DNA of 62,279 nt, taken from assembly GCA_012798315.1 (NCBI GenBank), contig JAAZNL010000004.1, forward strand, positions 1-62,279, written 5' to 3'. Below are positions 37,219-44,331 of this stretch, piece after piece (within the stretch, counting starts at the first letter, position 1; each line of letters opens with the position of its first letter). The notes under the pieces were generated by a model. It did no database searches, was not told the DNA's origin, and saw only the letters and a list, made by a program, of their open reading frames with translations. The DNA is from a candidate division WWE3 bacterium (lineage in GTDB: Bacteria; Patescibacteriota; WWE3; UBA101185; UBA10185). The position numbers and the translations under genes were made by a program.

Positions 37219-37914
37219 TCAAAAATCGTTCACTATGTATGCCGCATAGTCCTGAGCTAGCGGGGTTTCAATTGTTGCTGTTTCTTCATCTGATAATTTT
37301 TCAAAATATCTTCTGAATCCGCGGATTGAATTTCCGTGGCAGGATACAGCCACATTCACATTGTATTTTTTCATCAACGGCAAAACAGTGTCGCAGAAAT
37401 CAGAGACCCGCATGCAGACCATTTTTAGGCTTTCACCGTTTGGAGGCACATAGTCGAACGAACGTCTTACTTTTTGCGCCATTTCAGGATCTTCCAGTTG
37501 TAATTCCAACTTGCTTTTACCGACATAGTCACCGTAGTTGCGTTCCATAATTCTTTTGTCAGTAGTAATATCCAATTCTTTAGCGTTATCGTTTAAAGAC
37601 ATGGCAATTTTCATTGTGTCTACAGCCCTTATCAAAGGTGATGAAAACAGCATTTTTATTTTTTTATTTTTCAGTTTTTCGGCAAGTATTTTCGCTTGTT
37701 CGCGTCCTTTTTCTGTCAATGGTGAGTCATGCCAGCCGCTAAACACGAAATTTGCGTTGTCTTCAGTTTGACCATGCCTAAAAACATAAAGTGTGGGATA
37801 AACATCAGACTCCATTTTGGGGAGTTCGACAGCATCTTTATAACTTAAAAAAGCAACAGCCTGATCTATTTCACCGGATGAATATTTTGCATAAAGGTTT
37901 TGGTCTATCTTCAT
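37219..37914 (-). CDS. histidine phosphatase family protein, GpmA-like (2,3-bisphosphoglycerate-dependent phosphoglycerate mutase-like)
   Basis: Motifs LYVFRHGQTEDN, SGWHDSPLTEKGREQA and SCHGNSIRGF resemble the dPGM signatures. The start is ambiguous between GTG 37932, ATG 37914 (chosen) and ATG 37815. The 37815 start would give a canonical-length protein beginning MESDVYPTLYVFRHG. Confidence 0.65.
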   Translation of the reverse strand: MKIDQNLYAKYSSGEIDQAVAFLSYKDAVELPKMESDVYPTLYVFRHGQTEDNANFVFSGWHDSPLTEKGREQAKILAEKLKNKKIKMLFSSPLIRAVDTMKIAMSLNDNAKELDITTDKRIMERNYGDYVGKSKLELQLEDPEMAQKVRRSFDYVPPNGESLKMVCMRVSDFCDTVLPLMKKYNVNVAVSCHGNSIRGFRRYFEKLSDEETATIETPLAQDYAAYIVNDF

Positions 37915-37924
37915 GTGTAATAAG

Positions 37925-37943
37925 AATATCACACTGTGATATT
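37925..37943. promoter_or_regulatory. perfect 9+1+9 inverted repeat AATATCACA-C-TGTGATATT in a divergent promoter region
   Basis: The repeat is centred at 37934, exactly 20 nt from ATG 37914 (minus strand) and 20 nt from ATG 37954 (plus strand). Each arm reads TGTGATATT toward its gene, which looks like an extended -10 element. Confidence 0.5.
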
Positions 37944-37953
37944 ATTCATTAAT

Positions 37954-38634
37954 ATGAAAGACATACTTAACACTTTTATGAGCGGGGATCTAAAGTCTTT
38001 TGTTGAGGCTATAGGTCTGGTGGGCGTATATATAGTTACTTTTTCAGAATCCGGTTTACTAGTAGGATTTTTTTTGCCTGGTGACAGTTTGCTTTTTACA
38101 GCGGGGTTTTTGGCATCTCCTGCAATCGGATTGTTTAAAATCTGGCCTTTGGTTCTGGGTGCGTGGATTGCCGCAGTACTTGGGGATAATGTAGGGTACG
38201 AGTTTGGCAAAAGAGCCGGTAAGAGTCTCTTTAAACGCGAAAAAAGTTTGTTTTTTAATCCTTCCAACGTTTTAAAAGCCCAAGCCTTCTACGATAAACA
38301 CGGGGGCAAGGCCATTACTTTAGCGAGATTTATTCCTGTCGTTCGTACCTTCGCTCCTATCGTCGCAGGTATAGGCCACATGGATCACAAAAGATTTACT
38401 TTTTTTAATTTTATAGGTGGTACCGTTTGGGTTTGGGGTATGACGTGGGCCGGTTACTTTTTGGGCAAAATTATTCCCGAAGACAAAATTGATCACTATT
38501 TGCTGCCTATTGTGTTTGGGATAATTTTACTATCGGTACTACCGCCGTTATATCACCTTTATAAAGAAAACAAAAAAGCCTGGTATCAAAAACTATCTGA
38601 TAAATTAGTGGTTTGGTTTAAGTACAAGATATAA
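37954..38634 (+). CDS. DedA family membrane protein
   Basis: IVTFSESGLLVGFFLPGDSLLFTAGFLA and ARFIPVVRTFAPIVAG match the DedA/SNARE-associated signatures. I preferred the ATG at 37954 over the GTG at 37936, which lies inside the palindrome. Confidence 0.85.
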   Translation: MKDILNTFMSGDLKSFVEAIGLVGVYIVTFSESGLLVGFFLPGDSLLFTAGFLASPAIGLFKIWPLVLGAWIAAVLGDNVGYEFGKRAGKSLFKREKSLFFNPSNVLKAQAFYDKHGGKAITLARFIPVVRTFAPIVAGIGHMDHKRFTFFNFIGGTVWVWGMTWAGYFLGKIIPEDKIDHYLLPIVFGIILLSVLPPLYHLYKENKKAWYQKLSDKLVVWFKYKI

Positions 38635-38704
38635 CCTTACGGCTAAACCTCGGTTTCGTCTGGTAAAATCTGAAGATTTTCGCTATGCACGTAAAATTTT
38701 ACAT

Positions 38705-39175
38705 TTATTTTCGTGTATTGATTCTTCCGCCAATAAAGTAGGCCGTATAAACTAGCTGATTATTGAGGAATATCTTTTCGGTTTGGGTAAAGTGTTCAAT
38801 TGTACCGGTACACGCATTTATATAATGTAAATTGTCTTTAGAAAAGTCTTGAGGACCTCTGTGAACACAATTTCCTGAAGGACCTGTCTTTAAGGCATCT
38901 CTCAAAAAGTTATAAATATTTCCAAAATCAATTCCACTTTCAACTTTACCCCAATACACGCAACGAAATACATCCTGTCCGTTTAGCCAAATTGTTTCGT
39001 TGCCTGAATAAGGTTCGCCTCCATAAAACTCGTCTTCGTATTTCCATAATTCGTCTGTTAAAGTGAGCACTTTTCCGTTTTTGCCGTTATCTGCGTATTT
39101 AACAGATATGTCTGAATATCCCATTAAATTAAATTTTCGTAATTGGTTTTTGAGTTCTTCGGCTGAGAGTAACAT
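38705..39175 (-). CDS. hypothetical cytoplasmic protein, possibly DUF5680-like; co-oriented 3 nt downstream of lexA
   Basis: 156 aa with the pattern WKYEDEFYGGEPYSGNETIW...CVYWGKV...FLRDAL...HRGP...YFIGGRI. It resembles what I recall of DUF5680, a domain often fused to XRE HTH regulators. This assignment is from memory and unverified. Confidence 0.35.
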   Translation of the reverse strand: MLLSAEELKNQLRKFNLMGYSDISVKYADNGKNGKVLTLTDELWKYEDEFYGGEPYSGNETIWLNGQDVFRCVYWGKVESGIDFGNIYNFLRDALKTGPSGNCVHRGPQDFSKDNLHYINACTGTIEHFTQTEKIFLNNQLVYTAYFIGGRINTRK

Positions 39176-39178
39176 TTT

Positions 39179-39808
39179 TTAGTTAAACCTTCTCACTACT
39201 CCCGTAACTTTTCCCTGAATAGTAAGTTGCGAGGGCATAACGTATATGGGATCCATTTTATCGTTTGCGGGTTGCAGCCTGATCCGGCCATCCTTTTCGT
39301 GATAAATCTTTTTTAAGGTGGCGAATTCTGAATCTATTAACGCGACTACAATATCCCCATCTACCGATGTATCCTGGCTCTGAAGGACAACATAATCGCC
39401 GTCGAATATACCATCATTAATCATGGAGTCGCCCTTAACTTGCAGCACAAAACATCTTTTTGATTTAGAAACCATATCAGGAGACACCAAAATTGTATCA
39501 ATAGGATTTTCTATAGCTTCGATAGGCTGACCTGCGGCAATAAAACCTATTAACGGCAGTTCTATTGCATTCAGACTAACATTAAATCTTTCGTCTACAA
39601 CTTCTATACCTCGTACAGAGCCTTCAAACTTTCTTATCACACCCTTTTTCTCAAGGGACTGTAAATGTTCGTGTACTGTTGCCAGAGAGGAAAGATGCAT
39701 AGCATCCGCAATTTCCTGCAGAGTGGGGGAATATCCGTTAATTTGAATATATTGGGAAATATAGTCGAGAATTTGTTTTTGTTTTCTGTATAAAGTTACA
39801 GGACTCAT
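39179..39808 (-). CDS. lexA: LexA repressor (S24 peptidase)
   Basis: It has a winged-HTH N-terminus (QKQILDYISQYIQINGYSPTLQEIADAM), an Ala-Gly cleavage site (FIAAGQP), the catalytic Ser (VKGDSM) and Lys (ATLKKIY). Confidence 0.92.
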   Translation of the reverse strand: MSPVTLYRKQKQILDYISQYIQINGYSPTLQEIADAMHLSSLATVHEHLQSLEKKGVIRKFEGSVRGIEVVDERFNVSLNAIELPLIGFIAAGQPIEAIENPIDTILVSPDMVSKSKRCFVLQVKGDSMINDGIFDGDYVVLQSQDTSVDGDIVVALIDSEFATLKKIYHEKDGRIRLQPANDKMDPIYVMPSQLTIQGKVTGVVRRFN

Positions 39809-39889
39809 TGTTAGTTCCTTTATATTAAATAATTTCGTGTTTCCTTTGGTAAATAGTATCGAATAATACCCGAAAATGTCAAGCTTTTG

Positions 39890-39898
39890 TGCTACAAT
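39890..39898 (+). promoter_or_regulatory. extended -10 promoter element TGcTACAAT, 8 nt upstream of uvrB ATG 39907
   Basis: The sequence TGCTACAAT is followed by AATCCGGT and then ATG, with no Shine-Dalgarno sequence. Confidence 0.4.
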
Positions 39899-39906
39899 AA
39901 TCCGGT

Positions 39907-41991
39907 ATGTTTCAGCTTAAAGCTCCGTTTGAACCTACAGGAGATCAACCAGAAGCTATAAATAAACTTACCACCGGTTATTTTAATGGCGACAAAAGTC
40001 AGGTTCTGTTGGGAGTGACAGGAAGCGGGAAGACGTACACTGTGGCGCAAGTGATTCAAAATATCCAAAAACCTACGTTAGTCATTTCTCATAACAAGAC
40101 TTTAGCCGCGCAGCTTTACCAGGAATTCAGGGACTTTTTTCCAAACAATGCCGTCGAATATTTTGTAAGCTACTACGATTACTTCCAACCCGAAAGTTAT
40201 ATGCCTGCGACAGATACTTATATCGAAAAAGATGCGGATATTAACGATAAAATAGATAAACTCAGATTAGCTGCCACCACCTCGTTGATGACCCGTAAGG
40301 ATGTTATTGTTATTTCATCCGTGTCTTGTATATACAACTTAGGCTCTCCAGCCACATACTCGGAAATGGCGATAGAACTTAAGACCGGAATGAAACTAAG
40401 ACTAAAAGATATTTTGTTACGTTTGTCGCAGATAAGTTACACCAGATCGGATCTGGACTTTAAAAGAGGCACATACAGACTGTCCGGAGATGTTCTAGAT
40501 ATATACCCGGCCTACTTAGATAATGCGGTCCGTCTGGAGATATTTGATGATGTCCTAACTAATATTAGTTTTTTTGATCCTCTGACAGGTGAGGACGTAT
40601 ATAAAGATAATCTGCCCGAGGAACGTAGAGGCGACCATTTGAGAACTTATACTCAGGATCCTGCGGATTACTCCAATCACAGAGAACGTGAGGGCAACTT
40701 TGTAGTGATTTACCCCGCGAAACATTATGTTACGGCCGAAGAAAAACGTGGTAAGGCAATTGAAGAAATTAAACGGGATCTGGAAATCAGGTTAAAGAAC
40801 CTTAGAGACCATGGAAAAACTATTGAGGCTTACCGCTTGGAACAAAGAACTAACTATGATTTGGAAATGATCCAGGAAATAGGCTACTGCAAGGGAATAG
40901 AAAATTATTCAAGATATTTTGACGGTAGACCTGTTGGAGGTACCCCATACACGTTAATGGATTTCTTTCCGAAGGATTATCTATTAGTTATAGATGAATC
41001 GCATATAACTGTGCCGCAGGTTAGAGGAATGTACAACGGAGACCGTTCCCGCAAGCAGACTCTCGTGGATTACGGTTTCAGACTTCCGTCCGCAATGGAC
41101 AATAGGCCTTTAAATTTTGATGAATTCTTAAGAAAAGTAAATCAGACCATTTATGTGAGCGCTACCCCGGACCAATGGGAAATTGAAAATTCCGATCATA
41201 AGGTTGTTGAGCTTTTAATCAGGCCGACCGGTATTTTGGATCCGAAAATAACCGTACTGCCCACCAAAAATCAAATTAATGATTTGCTGGATAGAATTAA
41301 AGAACGTGTGGCGCGGAAAGAGAGGGTGTTAGTAACAACGCTTACAAAACGTATGGCAGAGGAGTTGGCCACTTTCTTAAACGAAAAATCAATAAAGGTT
41401 ACGTATCTGCACTCTGATATTGTTACCTTGGAACGTTCAACTATTTTAGACGATCTAAGAAAAGGCAATTATGATGTGTTAGTAGGAATTAACCTATTAC
41501 GCGAGGGTTTAGATCTTCCGGAAGTATCGCTGGTTGCAATTTTGGATGCGGATAAAGAAGGTTTTCTCCGCAGCCAGACATCTCTTGTTCAAACAATGGG
41601 ACGCGCGGCCCGCCACGTTTTGGGCGAGGTAGTTATGTACGCTGATACTATGACCGGAAGTATGGAACGAGCTATCGAAGAAGTTACGCGCCGAAGAGAA
41701 GTTCAGATTAAATACAACGAAGAACACGGAATTTCGCCTACTCAGATTATTAAACCAATCAGGGATACGCTTATTGACGTGCAGCTCGAAGAAACTTTCG
41801 AAGAAAAAAAGACATCACGAAATAAAGCAGCCGCGGAAATTGATTACAGCCAGTTGCCGCCAAAAGAATTAAAACATGAAATACGACAGTTAGAAAAACA
41901 AATGAAGTTTGAGGCCGAAATGCTAAATTTTGAAAAAGCGGCTTCTTTACGAGACAAAATTAAAGACCTATATAAACTAATTCACGAATAA
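39907..41991 (+). CDS. uvrB: excinuclease ABC subunit B
   Basis: It has the Walker A motif GVTGSGKT, YFVSYYDYFQPE, DESH, helicase motifs and a C-terminal UVR domain (MLNFEKAASLRDKIKDL). Confidence 0.95.
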   Translation: MFQLKAPFEPTGDQPEAINKLTTGYFNGDKSQVLLGVTGSGKTYTVAQVIQNIQKPTLVISHNKTLAAQLYQEFRDFFPNNAVEYFVSYYDYFQPESYMPATDTYIEKDADINDKIDKLRLAATTSLMTRKDVIVISSVSCIYNLGSPATYSEMAIELKTGMKLRLKDILLRLSQISYTRSDLDFKRGTYRLSGDVLDIYPAYLDNAVRLEIFDDVLTNISFFDPLTGEDVYKDNLPEERRGDHLRTYTQDPADYSNHREREGNFVVIYPAKHYVTAEEKRGKAIEEIKRDLEIRLKNLRDHGKTIEAYRLEQRTNYDLEMIQEIGYCKGIENYSRYFDGRPVGGTPYTLMDFFPKDYLLVIDESHITVPQVRGMYNGDRSRKQTLVDYGFRLPSAMDNRPLNFDEFLRKVNQTIYVSATPDQWEIENSDHKVVELLIRPTGILDPKITVLPTKNQINDLLDRIKERVARKERVLVTTLTKRMAEELATFLNEKSIKVTYLHSDIVTLERSTILDDLRKGNYDVLVGINLLREGLDLPEVSLVAILDADKEGFLRSQTSLVQTMGRAARHVLGEVVMYADTMTGSMERAIEEVTRRREVQIKYNEEHGISPTQIIKPIRDTLIDVQLEETFEEKKTSRNKAAAEIDYSQLPPKELKHEIRQLEKQMKFEAEMLNFEKAASLRDKIKDLYKLIHE

Positions 41992-42058
41992 TCAAAATTA
42001 AATATTGATTAAAATATTTTCTAATTTATACTTGGGCTACGCACTCAAATAAAAAAAT

Positions 42059-44287
42059 ATGTTAAAAATGTTTCTTGCCATTACAGCTTCTATTGGGACT
42101 GTGATAATAAATCTGGTGAGAACAACCCTTTACATACTGAAAACTGCCCAAAAAAATTTGGAGTGTTCCGCCCAAAAATATATAAAACCTGTAGTATTGA
42201 GGTTTGTCTCTAAAGTCAAGCACTTCAAAAGGAAAACTAAGAAAACAAAAATCAAAGAAAGTTCGCGTTTAGAACTTCCTTTTATGTTAAAAGGTTTTGG
42301 AATTGGTTTTTTAGCTTGTTTCCTATTTGTTTTTGTTCCGTATTCAATATATAGCTGGTTTAAATTATTGCCCTCCCCGGAAGGTCTCGCCAAAGCAGTT
42401 CCGCCTTTACCTACACAAATTTTGGATTCTAAGGGCAGATTATTATTTGAAGTTTATCAGGACAAAAAATCCGAACCGGTCAAACTTGACCAGGTGCCTG
42501 ATCATTTTAAGAATGCTTTAATAGCAGTAGAAGATTCAAAATTTTATTCCCACCCGGGTGTAGATTTAAAAGGATTAATCCGGGCAGCATATCAGTCTAT
42601 AGCTAAGGATAATCTTCAAGGCGGATCAACTATAACTCAACAACTAGTAAAAAATGTTTTGCTTTCACCCGAACGAACAGTATCAAGAAAATTAAAAGAA
42701 GGTGTTTTATCAATTCTGGCAGAACGGATTTATACAAAAGATCAAATCCTGGAAATGTATATAAATAACATTCCGTTTGGAGGAGTAGCTATTGGCGCAC
42801 AGGCAGCAGCTGACAAATATTTTGGCAAGGATATTTCGGAATTGGATATTGCAGAGTCCGCTATGTTAGCCGGTTTGCCCGGCGCCCCAACTTCATATTC
42901 GCCAATTCTGGATTTAGAATCTGCCAAAAAAAGACAACTTTATGTTTTGCAAAGAATGGTAGACCAGGGTTATCTCACACAGGAACAAATGGATACTGAA
43001 AATAACAAGACACTTCATTTTTATGACCAGGGTATCTATATACGCGCGCCTCATTTTGTATCTTACGTAATTGAGCAGCTAAAGGATAAATACGGTGAAC
43101 GAATGCTATACAAAGGAGGTCTGAAAATATATACAAGTTTAGACTTGGATCTACAGGATCAGGTTGATCAGATACTGGAGGAAGAGATTTCGAAGAACGG
43201 AAAAAAACTTTATATAAGTAATGGCGCGGCATTGGTTATTGATGTTGAGAATTCTTCCATTTTGGCCTATCAGGGCTCCGTTGATTATTTTAAAGATAGC
43301 TGGGGTAGTTTTGATGTTGTGCGCGCCCCACGTCAACCGGGATCCTCTATAAAACCAGTCACATACAGTCTGGCTCTTTCCAACGGTTTTACAGCTGCCA
43401 GCATTATTAACGATGGGCCTGTCAGATATACCACAAAAGGCTCTGCCCCATATTCCCCTGTAAATTATGACGGAAGATTTCACGGAAATGTAAGCCTACG
43501 TCAGGCTCTTGCAAATTCTTACAATATCCCCGCGGTAAAAATAGCCGCCGTACTTGGTGCAGATAAGGTAAAGGAGCAGGGTAGAAAACTTGGATTAAGA
43601 TCGTGGGAGGGTATAGATAATTACGGTCTGTCTATTACTCTAGGGGGTGTAGAAGTTTCGTTGTTGGAGTTAACTAATGTATATGCCACTTTTGCACGTG
43701 GGGGTGTCGCGAAAGAACTAAATAGTATTGTTAGAATTGAACAATCGGATGGACAGGTTTTATTTGCGTCAAAAGAAACTTCTGGAGAACGTGTACTGAC
43801 TCCCGAAGTTTCGTATATTTTATCTCATATCCTGTCTGACAATAACGCACGACAACCAGCGTTTGGTGTTAATAACAACTTAAGTATTCCCGGTTATACA
43901 GTTGCGGTAAAAACCGGAACTACAGATAACAAAAGAGATAACTGGACTTTAGGATATACACCTTCATTTGCCGTAGGAGTTTGGGTTGGCAATAACAATA
44001 ATACGGTTATGAATCAGACATTGGCCTCAGGGTTAAGCGGCGCCGCTCCGATATGGAACAAGATTACCACTTACATGTTAAAAAATACGGCCTATAACAG
44101 GCAGGATTTTTTAATGCCTGACGGTATTTATGTAATGGTTGACAAGAATTGCAACGGAAAAAGCGAGGTTTTTGTCAAAAGCCAAAAATATCCGTTATCT
44201 TTATGTCAGCCAATAGACAATAACAAGGCAAAAAATGAAAAAAAGCGGGCAGAGACACCAAAAACGATAGACAGATCGGACTTCTGA
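42059..44287 (+). CDS. class A penicillin-binding protein (bifunctional GT51 glycosyltransferase/transpeptidase)
   Basis: The GT51 motifs are AVEDSKFYSHPGVD, GGSTITQQLVKN and RKLKE. The transpeptidase motifs are GSSIKP, SYN and KTGTT. The N-terminal basic region with a transmembrane helix is unusually long. Confidence 0.9.
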   Translation: MLKMFLAITASIGTVIINLVRTTLYILKTAQKNLECSAQKYIKPVVLRFVSKVKHFKRKTKKTKIKESSRLELPFMLKGFGIGFLACFLFVFVPYSIYSWFKLLPSPEGLAKAVPPLPTQILDSKGRLLFEVYQDKKSEPVKLDQVPDHFKNALIAVEDSKFYSHPGVDLKGLIRAAYQSIAKDNLQGGSTITQQLVKNVLLSPERTVSRKLKEGVLSILAERIYTKDQILEMYINNIPFGGVAIGAQAAADKYFGKDISELDIAESAMLAGLPGAPTSYSPILDLESAKKRQLYVLQRMVDQGYLTQEQMDTENNKTLHFYDQGIYIRAPHFVSYVIEQLKDKYGERMLYKGGLKIYTSLDLDLQDQVDQILEEEISKNGKKLYISNGAALVIDVENSSILAYQGSVDYFKDSWGSFDVVRAPRQPGSSIKPVTYSLALSNGFTAASIINDGPVRYTTKGSAPYSPVNYDGRFHGNVSLRQALANSYNIPAVKIAAVLGADKVKEQGRKLGLRSWEGIDNYGLSITLGGVEVSLLELTNVYATFARGGVAKELNSIVRIEQSDGQVLFASKETSGERVLTPEVSYILSHILSDNNARQPAFGVNNNLSIPGYTVAVKTGTTDNKRDNWTLGYTPSFAVGVWVGNNNNTVMNQTLASGLSGAAPIWNKITTYMLKNTAYNRQDFLMPDGIYVMVDKNCNGKSEVFVKSQKYPLSLCQPIDNNKAKNEKKRAETPKTIDRSDF

Positions 44288-44331
44288 CATAAATCTATAC
44301 AAACCCGAAGAAAAGCCGTACAATACTTGTT

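Noticed and set aside
38635-38704. GTAAAATTTTAC palindrome between the convergent dedA and DUF5680-like genes, as a bidirectional terminator
   Set aside because: This 12-bp all-A/T-core palindrome has no loop and no flanking T-tract. It is too weak to call.
39809-39906. SOS (LexA) box in the lexA-uvrB spacer
   Set aside because: No GAAC-N4-GTTC, CTGT-N8-ACAG or GTTC-N7-GTTC type site is present. I found only a 4-bp-arm symmetry (GGTA-N15-TACC) and a TTCCTTT direct repeat, one copy of which is simply the complement of the lexA Shine-Dalgarno sequence. The evidence is too weak to call an operator.
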